A stretch of DNA of 64,000 nucleotides from an uncultured Nitrospinota bacterium. Its GTDB lineage: Bacteria > Tectomicrobia > Entotheonellia > J063 > CAVPRW01. Shown one piece after another: positions 1 to 10,431 of this stretch. Both the position numbers and the translations under genes were made by a program. Every line of letters starts with the position of its first letter. Positions within the stretch are counted from its first letter, which is position 1. The stretch spans positions 160,001 through 224,000 of the forward strand of contig CAVPRW010000018.1 in NCBI GenBank assembly GCA_963707985.1, read 5' to 3'. Under the pieces are notes generated by a model, which was not told the DNA's origin, did no database searches, and saw only the letters and a list, made by a program, of their open reading frames with translations.

Positions 1-1032
1 AAGTTGGCGATGCATGAGTTCGCGCTCGGTGGTCCCGACCCGACGTGTGGTTTTCCCCTCGCACGCAATCCCTGGAATCTCGACCACATCCCCGGCGGCT
101 CGAGCAGCGGCTCCGGCACGGCTGTCGCGGCAGGGCTCTGCATGGGCTCACTGGGCTCCTGCACCGGCGGCTCGATCCGGGGCCCGGCCTCCTACTGCAG
201 CATCGTCGGCCTCAAACCGACCTACGGACGGGTCAGTCGGTATGGTGTGGTACCGTTGAGTTGGACGCTGGACCATTGTGGGCCGATGACCTGGACGGTC
301 GAAGACACCGCCATCATGCTGCAGGCCATCGCTGGCTACGATCCTAAAGATGCCACCTCGAGCCGGGCGCCGGTGCCGGATTATGCCGCGTCGCTTATCG
401 AGAATGTGAAGGGTATGACGATCGGCGTTCCACGGCATTATTTCTTCGCCGACAATCCGAGCATCAACCGCGAAACCTTGAGCGTGGTCGAAACCGCCTT
501 GAAGACGCTGCAAGAACTGGGAGCTCGTGTGGTGGAGGTGAAAATTCCCGGCCTGCAATATGCGGGAGCGGCCCAGCCGGTGATTATGCTCAGCGAAGCA
601 TTTGCCTATCATGCGCGCAATCTGCGCAGCAAGCCCGAAGAGTTTGGCGACATGGTGCGCGCCCGGTTCCGCACGGGGGCTCTGTTCAGTGCGGGGGAAT
701 ATGTGCAGGCGCAGCGCGTGCGCAACGTGATCAAGCGTGACTTCGCCAATGTGCTGCAGCAAGTAGACCTCATCGCCTCGCCGACCATGTCCAATCCGCC
801 TCCGGAATTCAAGAGCGTCGATGTCATGACGACGGCGCGAGTCCCAAGTTTCACCGGTCCGTACAATCTGACGGGAATGCCGGCGATTTCGGTGCCGTGC
901 GGGTTTAACGCCAATGGGTTGCCGATTGGCCTACAACTGGCAGGTAAGCCCTTCGACGAATCAACGGTGCTGCGGGCGGCCTACACCTTCCAGCAGCATG
1001 TGCGCCTGTTCGAGAAACGGCCACCGGTGTGA
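1..1032 (+). CDS. Amidase signature family protein (5' end outside the window)
   Basis: Motifs (K)LAMHEFALG, NPWNLDHIPGGSSSGSG, GSCTGGSIRGPAS (catalytic Ser), GLKPTYGRVS and GLPIGLQLAG. The frame is open from the window start. Confidence 0.93.
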   Translation, partial: KLAMHEFALGGPDPTCGFPLARNPWNLDHIPGGSSSGSGTAVAAGLCMGSLGSCTGGSIRGPASYCSIVGLKPTYGRVSRYGVVPLSWTLDHCGPMTWTVEDTAIMLQAIAGYDPKDATSSRAPVPDYAASLIENVKGMTIGVPRHYFFADNPSINRETLSVVETALKTLQELGARVVEVKIPGLQYAGAAQPVIMLSEAFAYHARNLRSKPEEFGDMVRARFRTGALFSAGEYVQAQRVRNVIKRDFANVLQQVDLIASPTMSNPPPEFKSVDVMTTARVPSFTGPYNLTGMPAISVPCGFNANGLPIGLQLAGKPFDESTVLRAAYTFQQHVRLFEKRPPV

Positions 1033-1306
1033 GAGACCAGCACATAAATGGTGTTTAAAGGATGAACGCACCGCTGGCATCGTCATTACGTCACTTTCCT
1101 GTCCCCTGCTGCTCGTCACCGGTACGGACGATCAAGCCTGGCCAGCTGAGCGCTACCGTGATCTCGGGCTGAAGCCCGACCATTTCAGCGCCGAGTCTGC
1201 CTCACACTGGGGGTTGGTACTGAACCGTCGGGTCCTGGGAACGATGATTCCAGCCGTGCTGAGCTGGCTTGGGAACATCATTCAGCAGGAAACGTCTATA
1301 CGGTGA
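1033..1306 (+). pseudogene. Possible C-terminal remnant of an alpha/beta hydrolase
   Basis: The tail of ORF 914..1306 reads CPLLLVTGTDD...ASHWGLVLN...VLSWL, resembling the acid and His segments of an alpha/beta hydrolase. No N-terminal half or start codon is present. Confidence 0.35.
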
Positions 1307-1400
1307 GTGCCATATGCATCGCAGTGCCGATCGAGTGATCAAGCCGATGCTTATCCTAGTCCTTTTGCCGCTCGAGCGGGAGACGCATGAGGGCAGGGAA

Positions 1401-1763
1401 CTAACCCGACGGCTGCTGCAGCAGCTGCAAGATGTTGCCATCGGGATCGAAGAAGGTGGCGACCCAACCACCCCACTCTTCCTGCGTTGGGGGTTTGAGA
1501 AACGTCACGCCCTTGGCGCAGAGGGCGGCGTGTATGCGATGGATGTCATCGACTCCCAGGTTGATCATGATACGATAGGGATCCCGCGCGGGACCACTGA
1601 CCCTGGCGTGCTTGCCGAGGCTCAGCCGCATGTCGCCCCAACGAAACGCGATGAAGTGCGGCCGGATCGAGTGAGGCGTAAGCTCTAGTGTATCCCGATA
1701 GAATGTCAAGAGCCGATCCAGATCTTCGGTCCAGATGATGACACCGACGATACCATCGATCAT
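1401..1763 (-). CDS. VOC (glyoxalase/bleomycin resistance) family protein
   Basis: MIDGIVGVIIWTEDLDRLLTFYRDTL...WGGWVATFFDPDGNILQL. ATG at 1763 with GGAG-rich RBS upstream. Confidence 0.88.
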   Translation of the reverse strand: MIDGIVGVIIWTEDLDRLLTFYRDTLELTPHSIRPHFIAFRWGDMRLSLGKHARVSGPARDPYRIMINLGVDDIHRIHAALCAKGVTFLKPPTQEEWGGWVATFFDPDGNILQLLQQPSG

Positions 1764-1845
1764 GTTGATCTCTCCGCTCCATAGAAGCCGTTGTATCGGC
1801 GCCCAGACCATGGCGTAGGCTCACCGACAGAGGAAACCACCTGCG

Positions 1846-3927
1846 ATGCCGACCCCGCGCCAGCAACGTCTGAACTATCCGATCGCCCGTATGGACGACG
1901 TTGTGGAAGACTATCACGGCACGCCTGTCGCCGATCCCTACCGCTGGCTTGAGGACGCTACATCGCCCGAAACTCGCGCCTGGGTCGCGGCGCAACAGCG
2001 CCTGACGCGAGCCTTTCTGGATGAGATTCCCGGACGAGAGTCCATCAAAACGCGTTTAACCGAATTATGGGATTATCCTCGCCTCTCCGTGCCGATCAAA
2101 GCCGGGAGCCAATACTTCTTTTCCATCAACGACGGGCTGCAGAATCAGGACGTCCTCTATATGCAACAGGGGCTCGACGGCGAACCAGTCGAGATGTCTC
2201 AATCCGAATCATCTCAGCGACGACGGCACAGTCGCCCTGGTCAATCAGTCCTATAGTCGCGATGGAGCGCTGATGGCCTACGGGCTCTCGCGTCACGGCA
2301 GCGACTGGCAAGAGATGCGGGTGCGTCAGATCGATGCCGCAGAAGATTATCCCGAGGTCCTGCGGTGGTGCAAATTCACTCACCTGGCCTGGACACATGA
2401 CCATGCCGGATTTTTTTACAGTGGCTATGCTACACCCGGAGGTGGACCAGCCCCCGCCGACCAACCGGTGAATCGCTTGTACTGGCACACACTCGGCACA
2501 CCGCAAGCCGATGATCGACTGGTATACGAACGACCGGATCGCCCCGAACTGCAGTTTAACCCCTTTATCACCGACGATGGCACTGTATCTTGTGCTGTAT
2601 GTCTGGCACGGTGCCATTCCGCAAAATCGCATCTACTATCGTGCCGTCGACAGCGACGAACCATTCATTCCCCTCCTGGATGCGGCAGATGCGCATTATG
2701 GGTTTTTGGGCAATGCTGGACAGGTCTTTTACTTTTTGACCAACCTGCATGCCCCACATGGGCGCATCATCGCCATCGATGTCGACCATCCTGCCCCGAA
2801 GCACTGGCAGGAAATCGTCCCATCACAGGCGAACGTCATCGATTTCGCCCGACTCATCAACGACCACCTCGTCGTTGTCTCGCTGCATGATGCGCAGCAC
2901 CAATTGACGCTCTATACCCGAGCGGGCATACACGTGGGCTCCCTCACCTTGCCGATGCCAGGCTCGATCGTGGGTATATCCGGCAAGAGCGACGATGCCC
3001 GAGATGTTTATAGGCATGCAATCGTTTTTACAGCCGACGACGGTCCTGCGTTACGATTTCATGACCGGCGAGCTCACCCCTTTTCACCAACCAGCCTTGA
3101 CCTTCGATGCCTCTCAATTCGAGACGCGACAGATTTTCTATCCGTCGACAGATGGGACGCGTGTGCCGATGTTTCTCCTGCATCGCAAAGGTCTGATCCG
3201 CACCGGCGATCATCCCACACTGCTCTATGGCTATGGCGGGTTTGCGGTGAACCTCACACCCTTTTTCGCCGCGTCAACGCTGTTATGGCTCGAACAGGGG
3301 GGAATCTTTGCAGTCGCCAATCTGCGTGGCGGCAATGAGTACGGCGAAGCCTGGCACCAGGCCGGGATGTTGTCGAACAAGCAACGGGTGTTCGACGATT
3401 TCATCGCGGCAGCCGAGTGGCTCATCCGGGAGCATTACACCAGTGCAGATATGCTCGCCATCATGGGGCGCAGCAACGGCGGGTTGCTGGCTGCCGCCTG
3501 CATGTTGCAGCGCCCAGACCTGTATGGTGCCGTGGTCTGCGGCGTGCCCGTGACTGACATGCTACGCTATCACCGATTTACCTCCGGGCGTTTTTGGGTG
3601 CCGGAATATGGTAACCCTGAAACGAACCCGGAGCATTTCCGTGTTCTCTACGCGTATTCGCCATTGCACAATGTGCAACGCGGGGTGATGTATCCTCCGC
3701 TATTGATCACCACCGGCGATACCGATGACCGCGTGGTCCCATCGCATGCCTTGAAATTTGCTGCCACCTTGCAAGCGGCAGACGCCGGGCAACAGCCGAT
3801 TTTGCTGCGGGTTGACACCCAGGCCGGCCACGGCCTCGGGAAACCCATCGCCAAGCTCATCGCTGAGCAGGGAGATATCTATGCCTTTCTCTGTGATATC
3901 TTCCAGATGACTTCTGATCAGGTCTGA
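1846..3927 (+). pseudogene. Prolyl oligopeptidase (peptidase S9A), split by three frameshifts (~2195, ~2580, ~2998); possibly sequencing errors
   Basis: N-terminus YHGTPVADPYRWLED, beta-propeller segments in successive frames, and catalytic GRSNGG, DDRV and AGHG motifs in the last frame. Confidence 0.9.
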
Positions 3928-4075
3928 ATGTGCTACTTGATAATGGATACCCACTGATCGTTGCATAAAATCATAGGACATTTTCCTATGCTGGGCAAAC
4001 GGCAAACCCAGTACATCAATCAGCATGGCTGGATAGATACCGATGCATCAGGCAGCAAAATATAGGGTCAAAATA

Positions 4076-4229
4076 TTGACAGTAGATGAAACAGAGAAGT
4101 ATCATGTGATAATCTGTAAAAAAGGCTTACATGAGGACCACTACATAGGGGTTACCCTAGGCCGGGATCACGGTGAAACCCCTCGATGCCCCGGCACCAG
4201 GGGTCTCTCCCACCAAGGAGGGACGGACC
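4076..4229 (+). promoter_or_regulatory. Sigma70-type promoter plus structured 5' leader, copy A
   Basis: TTGACA 4076-4081, 18-nt spacer, TATCAT 4100-4105. The leader is similar to 16868-17019. The SD lies within hairpin GTCTCTCC(4203-4210)/GGAGGGAC(4217-4224). Confidence 0.65.
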
Positions 4230-7200
4230 ATGGATGTGCTGCCTTCGGCGAATCGCATCAAGCGCCTACCACACCTCGCAAGGACTACTCCCCCGTTCGT
4301 CGGCCGTCAGAGAAGAGCTGAGTTGGTTGGAAAGCATCTTGGAGGAGGTGCTTGCTGGCCAGACACGGCTTGTGTTGCTTCCGGGCGAGGCGGGCATCGG
4401 CAAGACGCGGCTGCTTCAGGAGCTGCGGGCAAATGCCTTGCGCCGTGGCCTGCAAGTGGGCTATGGCCGTGGCTATGAGGACCTGACGCTGCCCTACCTG
4501 TCGTGTATTGAAGTGTTGCACGGCCTGTTAGACCGTTTTCCTCACGACCTGGAACGTACCCTCGGCGATGATGCAGAAGTGATCAACTGGTTTCTGCATA
4601 GACACCAGGCGTCAGCCCACGTCATGAATCCGTCTACCTCAACACAGAGCGAGCGAGATAAGTTGCGGCTGTTTGTCGCGGTGACTCGTACAGTCACGAC
4701 ACTGGCCCAACGCTGCCCAACAATCATCGTCGTCGATGATCTCCATTGGGCAGATCGCTCCTCTATAGACCTCTTCGGTCATCTGGTCTTCACGCTGGCA
4801 GATACAGCGGTGCGAGAGGCAGTCCCACTTCTCATCGTCGGCTCATATAGGCCGGTGGAAGCGGAGGCTCATGTCGCTCATCTGCTTGCCCGGCTGCGAC
4901 GAGAGCAGATCTGTCGAACCTTCACCCTCCCTGGTCTCAATGAGCTCGAGATCCGCGAGTTGGTGCAGGGACTCGGCCTGCTACGCCCATCTCATCAGCT
5001 GATCGCCACGGTCAATGAGACAACCCAGGGCAACCCCTTATTTGTCCAAGAGGTATGCCATCACCTCATACAGCAGGAGGCGATCGAGGAACGGGGTGGG
5101 TACCTGATCACGAGCGCGATGCCTGCTGATCTCCCGCTTCCTACCCAGGTCACAAGCGCTATCGTCGGCCGCGTCGAGAGGCTCGGTGACGGCTGTCGAA
5201 GCGTCCTCACGTTGGCGGCTTTTTTGGGCGATCGTTTCAGTCTCGATGTGCTGGGCGCGGTAAGCGGTATGGGTGAGGACGCCTTGCTGAGCCTGCTGGA
5301 AGAAGGGATGCGCCAGCACTTGCTGCGAAGCGAAGGACAAACGTTTCAGTTCGCCCATCCGTTGATCCGGCATGTGTTTTATCACGAGCCCAGCGCGCCA
5401 CGACGACAGCGTATCCATCAACAGATCGCTACCACCCTGGAGCGTATCCACGGTGATAGCCTTGAGGCGCACGTGTTGGAGATCGCTCATCATTTGGTGA
5501 GAGCCTTGCCTGCCGCCGATGTGACGACTGTGACAAAATATGCCCGCCAGGCGGGCAATCAGGCCTTCTCGGTGTTCGCCTGGAGTGAAGCAACGCGTTA
5601 TTACGAGGTGGTGCTAAAGGTTGCGCAGACAAACAGCTTCTTGACGATTCAGAATCGGGCAGATCTGCATTGCCTGGCGGCGCTTGCCTGCCTCTGGGAT
5701 GGGGACGTGGGCCCCTGCCGTGACCACTACGAAAAAGCCATCGCAGGCTATCGCGAGATCGGTGACATGCCTGGATTGGCGCAAGCCCTCATGGTCCAGG
5801 CGCGGAGCTATAATTCCGCCGTTGCCTATGGCATGTTGGGAGACCTTCAGCCGCTCGAGCAGACCCTCGACATGTTGGGCAAAAGCGAGCCTGAGCTGCG
5901 CTGCAGCATCTTGATCGGCATGTCTGAGGTCTATTGGGTGGCCAGACAGCCCGATAAGGCGGCAGAGATGGCCCAGCGTGCGCTAGAGATCGGGCGAGAC
6001 CTCAAGCATGACCACCTCTGCGCGCTGGCCAGTTTTGAGTTGGGAATCTCACGCAATCAAGAGCTATACGTGGAGGAAGCGCTGGAACACTATCGGCAGG
6101 CCCGAGTCTATGCCCAGCGGGTCAACGATCGTTGGTTTGATGGGTGGCTCCTGCACCGCATCCCCACAGCACTCATTCTATTGGGGCGGTTCGATGAGGC
6201 AGAAACGATCGCTCAAGAGGCGTACGAATCAGCGTTGCAAACGAACAATTGGCGACACTACTCGCTCACCCTCGGCGCCGTGGCATGCACGGCCCTTGCC
6301 AGAGGGGATTTTCGGACCGTGGAACGCCATGGTCATGAAGCGATGGGGATTGTGACTCGGTCTCGTTTTCCTTTCGGCGGTGCGATGGCCCTGCAAGCGC
6401 TGGCCTGTGCGCACGCTCTTCGGGGAGCATATGCAGAGGCTGAGAGCGCGCTCGACAAGCTTGTGGAACCCGGATGCGTCTTTGAAAAACCAGGGCGATC
6501 TTACAAGGCGATCGCGACGGTCTTGCGTCATCTGGTGCAGGTGTATCAGAGCGACCCCGAGGCTCGCCCGACCTCCTACACGGCCACTGTCGCAAGCATG
6601 GTCACACAAGAGCGGTTCGACGCCACACTGCTGCCCGCCTACTGCGCTCTCGTGGAATTAGCCGCGATCGACATGGCCCCCCTAGTGGCCGAACCACTCT
6701 ATGGCGTGTTGCGATCGGTCGCCGAACGGGATGTCGTCTTCTCCCGTGGCTGGGTGTTTCTGATCCCACGCATCCTCGGCGTAGCTGCAACCACGAACTC
6801 CTGGTGGGAGCGCGCAGAACAGCATTTCAAGACGGCCATAGACATTGCGCTCAATGTGAACGCGCGGCCTGAGCTGGGACGGACATACCTGGATTACGCC
6901 TATATGCTGGTCGCTCGCAGACACAAAGGTGATCGGTCGCGGGCCGTGGCTCTCGTCAGCCAGGCTGACCTCATCTTTCACGAACTCGGCATGGGTCCCT
7001 TTGCCCGCGACGCAGCCCTGCTTGCCGAGAGGCTTCAGCGCCGCAGAGCTCCGGCCCGCCAGGTGTATACTGCCTCCTCGCAAAATCTCGATGATCATTC
7101 CATGAGGACAGGCACGGGGCAGGCTTTCCGCATCATCCTCGTGACTGACGTGGAGGGTTCCACGGCTCTTCTGCAGCGCTTGGGTGATGAGAAGAGCCTT

Positions 7201-7635
7201 GAGATCCTCCGCGTCCACAATGCCCTGATCCGCGCGTGTCTGTCTCGTCACGACGGCACAGAGATCACCCATACTGACGATGGCTTCGAAGCGTCTTTCC
7301 TTTCTTCCTCCAGTGCCGTCGCATGCGCTGTGGCCATCCAGCAGGCTTTTGCACAGTATAGTCGAGAACACCCTGAGCACCCCATCCGCGTACGAATTGG
7401 TCTTAACGCAGGCGAACCCATTTCCATGGAAGGTCAACTGTTTGGTACGGCCGTCCACACAGCCTTCCGCATCTGCACGCGGGCCAGGCCTGAGCAGATC
7501 CTCGCCTCCGACGTCATTCGCCAGCTCGCCGCTGGGAAAGGCTTCGTCTTCGTCGATCGTGGCCGAGTGAGTCTCAAAGGCCTTCTGACTCCGGTCCGTT
7601 TATATGAAGTGCAATGGGGAAATGAGCATACGTAG
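4230..7635 (+). CDS. STAND-type (AAA_16) ATPase + TPR-like repeats + C-terminal class III adenylate/guanylate cyclase; frameshift near 4310
   Basis: ATG 4230 after GGAGG gives MDVLP...TPPFVGR, then shifts into the long frame (EELSWL). Walker A GEAGIGKTRL, Walker B VVDDLHWAD, GNPLFV, FAHPLIR; cyclase VTDVEGST, HTDDGF, RIGLNAGE. Confidence 0.88.
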
Positions 7636-7734
7636 GGGGAGGCGTTTGGGCCTCAACTGAAGAGCTTGCAATACGCCATCCTCGTGCCAGCGTGACGCAA
7701 GGTTATTACCAATTGGGAGAAAAAGGAGGATGAT

Positions 7735-8307
7735 ATGGGCGAAACACCGGCGTTCATGCGCAAGGGGGATTTCTTCCAGAAAATGGATGAAATATCGCAA
7801 AGCCCCGCGAGTCGCAGTGCGTTCCTTGCCGCCCTTAACGATACCAGTACCTGGCCGGATTATGTGGCACTTCTGTGTCATTTTGGCATCGTTCAGCCCA
7901 ATTCTCCCCACGAAGCACACCTTCGTAAACACTGGTTTCCTATCGACCCCTATGCTCCAGACGTTTGGTGGCCGGAATCGCAGCCCATTGAGCCGATCAT
8001 GCGGCAAGGGTACGCCAGAGCCTTCGAGGAAGCGGATGTGCGGGGATTGTGTATCGATGGTTACTGGCTCAGCACTGGGACGCGGGTTGCCGTGGGGATC
8101 GGCGTGAATGAAGCGCAGGGGAAGGTCACCCTGATTCGGGTAACGCCTCCCTGTCCGACTTACAGGCCGGATACCAGTCTCATTGCTGTTGTCGAGTTCA
8201 AGGGAAACAAGACCCCAGGGGGGATCATCGAGACCACCACGGTCGTTGGGCCTCCCGATGTCCCGTACTCATGGACCCAGACGGTGAAAGAACGTCGCTT
8301 AGGATAA
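7735..8307 (+). CDS. Uncharacterised ~190-aa protein ('WWP' family, paralog of 14137..14802)
   Basis: Strong RBS AAGGAGG before the ATG. Shares KG...D, R.xFL..L, DY..LL, L..HW, WWP..QP..P..R.G, I...W and VT...TP motifs with the 14137 protein. Confidence 0.8.
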   Translation: MGETPAFMRKGDFFQKMDEISQSPASRSAFLAALNDTSTWPDYVALLCHFGIVQPNSPHEAHLRKHWFPIDPYAPDVWWPESQPIEPIMRQGYARAFEEADVRGLCIDGYWLSTGTRVAVGIGVNEAQGKVTLIRVTPPCPTYRPDTSLIAVVEFKGNKTPGGIIETTTVVGPPDVPYSWTQTVKERRLG

Positions 8308-8455
8308 TAGGATAGGTAAGGCAAGGACGAGGGGGATTGCCCGGTCAGGCGGAACCGACACGGGGCGCCTCGCAATCGGGTCAGGTCGCGTCAGTATACA
8401 TACCTGAGGCGTGCAGCACGTCATGGTCGATGTCGGCTATGCCGACCAGGCAACG

Positions 8456-9919
8456 CTAACGGGTGGAACGCCGGGCACGACAAGCGGTCAGAAAGGGAAT
8501 ACTCGGGGCAAAAAAGAATTCGCCCCCTTTCAGGGTGACATAGTTTCCAAAATCGAGGGGCTTTGTCTCTGGTTTTCCCCATTCCACTGGCCACTGGAAT
8601 GCTTTAGCACGTGCACCGGACGTTCGTTGCCCGATGATTGGATCGCGTCCGGTTGCATCTTTGGCAAAACACGGGTTTCCCGCCCACATTTTCTGCATCC
8701 AGGCAAATTGGTTGGCGATGCTGTGCTGGAAGCACATGAACAGCAAACCCACGCCATACTGCGGAGCATCCCGTAGATCGTGGCGACGCCTTCCGTATGT
8801 CATTCCCCGTCGCACGATGCGATGTCGGCGCTCGGCATCAGTGGAAGCATTTCGCCCCGTGACTGTGTCACCCCTTGGGTTCACCTTCCGGATGTGGGCA
8901 TGAAACGGGCACTGCAGCCCCTGCGCATCGTCAGCATAGGTGAAGTTATTGGCCCGCGCCAAGTCCATCCCGTCTTGCTGGGAGAGCGTGACAGGCGTGC
9001 CGTCTCGAAAACGTCCAACCACCATCGCTCCGGCCCTCTCTTGATCCAACTCCGGTAACTCGAGGGCACGTGCCAGTGCCTGTTCGGCCGTCCGGAACCC
9101 TTTGACGTTCTGTTCCAGCTTCCGAAACACCAGGTAACTGCCGAAACAGTCCTCCTCATCGACGTTCGGGTCCGGTACCAGCACCAGATCCAATGGGGCT
9201 GCGGGGTCCCATTCCCATGTCGTGATGCCGGCCTTACGCGCCTCTGTATCAAGGTCTTGTTTGAAAAACAGGGGTTGACTTCGTCCGTCGGCGTAACCGA
9301 AGTGTTCAATGGCTTTACCGGCAGCGTTTCTCAGGACCGCACCATACTCTTCGGTCAGCAGATCGGCAACCCCCTGGAGGCTATCGAGGATCCTTGCCGT
9401 CGCCATCTGTAGGTGTTGTGGATCGTCATCCGCCAGCAAGATCATGGCGTGAATGCGCCGCCCTTGATAGCCCACATCCCAGGTTGAGGGCGGGAGGTCA
9501 TGTAATTCACCACCCGCGGCCTCCATGCCGGCTCGGAAGGTCACGGGTGTTTCATCGCCTTCGCTGAAGCGACGCTCAAGCTCGGCTGTCGTCAAACCCA
9601 GCAGGTGCTCATACCCGGCGGCCGTCAGAAACAGGTTACCGAATAAGCGACTGTGGGTCGTTTGCCGCTTGTGCACGCTGCTATCAGCAAGTTGCTGTCG
9701 CGCCGATGTGACATAGTCCTTCGCGAAATTCCGCATCCAGGTGGCGACGGCCTGCGGCTCAGCGGTGAATCCCACGCACAGATGGACGGTATGATCTCGT
9801 CCATGCCCCTTGAGAATATTGCCTTGTAAGTTCTCCAGCATGTTCCGGTACTTCACCGCTCTGTGGTTGATACGAGTCTCTGCTAAGTCAATGGGTATGC
9901 AAACCGCTCCTCTGTCCAC
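8456..9919 (-). CDS. Dye-decolorising (DyP-type) heme peroxidase, AnaPX-like, copy 1
   Basis: NLQGNILKGHGRD, EHFGYADG (GxxDG catalytic Asp), CPFHAHIRKVNPR (proximal His), IVRRG (distal Arg), GLLFMCFQ, GGEFFFAPS. Start uncertain: GTG 9919 after AAGGAGG, or ATA 9898. Confidence 0.93.
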   Translation of the reverse strand: MDRGAVCIPIDLAETRINHRAVKYRNMLENLQGNILKGHGRDHTVHLCVGFTAEPQAVATWMRNFAKDYVTSARQQLADSSVHKRQTTHSRLFGNLFLTAAGYEHLLGLTTAELERRFSEGDETPVTFRAGMEAAGGELHDLPPSTWDVGYQGRRIHAMILLADDDPQHLQMATARILDSLQGVADLLTEEYGAVLRNAAGKAIEHFGYADGRSQPLFFKQDLDTEARKAGITTWEWDPAAPLDLVLVPDPNVDEEDCFGSYLVFRKLEQNVKGFRTAEQALARALELPELDQERAGAMVVGRFRDGTPVTLSQQDGMDLARANNFTYADDAQGLQCPFHAHIRKVNPRGDTVTGRNASTDAERRHRIVRRGMTYGRRRHDLRDAPQYGVGLLFMCFQHSIANQFAWMQKMWAGNPCFAKDATGRDPIIGQRTSGARAKAFQWPVEWGKPETKPLDFGNYVTLKGGEFFFAPSIPFLTACRARRSTR

Positions 9920-10280
9920 ATGCACCTCCTTCTCCACTCGTGTCGCACCCACGTCCGGCCTGGCTTTCTGAGCAAGGGCCATACCAACTGAGGCCCACAA
10001 CAGCCATACTCTGCTTCAGCGGGGATGTGACTTGGGAGCAGATCATCATGTACCCGGCAAGGAATGCGCAGATTTCAGCAATGCGCCGCGCTTGCCGTGT
10101 TTGATGAGACAGAAATCAGATGAATTTTCGGACGTTATGAGCGCTGTCCAGCACTGATCACAATGGTTAGCTCTGCGCAGCCCGCAAGCGTACCTCCGTC
10201 GTCGAGTCCATCCAGCTCGCTCCTCGTCCTCGCAACGGTCTTCCCGTCGTTCACCGTGGCCCTGTGGTCCAGACAAAAAA

Positions 10281-10431
10281 TTGACATGTGCGAATCCTGG
10301 GCATTACCATGTGAGAGCTACAGCCTTTGGCCCTGGGGCCGGGCATCACTGCGACATGGAGGTATTCCGGGGTGGAGAGGGTCCACTGGTATCGTGGCTC
10401 GAACCCCTCTGCGGGGAAGAGAGAAGCGGCA
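10281..10431 (+). promoter_or_regulatory. Sigma70-type promoter plus leader, copy B (diverged)
   Basis: TTGACA 10281-10286, 18-nt spacer, TACCAT 10305-10310 followed by GTGA as in copy A. ATG lies 151 nt after the start of the -35, versus 154 and 152 in copies A and C. Confidence 0.55.

Noticed and set aside
4222..4232. ACGGACCAT near the STAND1 start resembling the candidate LexA motif
   Set aside because: Single imperfect copy that is not conserved in leader copies B or C; likely chance.
4186..4310. Listed N-terminus MPRHQGS... of the 1149-aa ORF
   Set aside because: The paralog-matching N-terminus (PPFVGR) and the RBS are in another frame starting at 4230, so a frameshift explains the data better.
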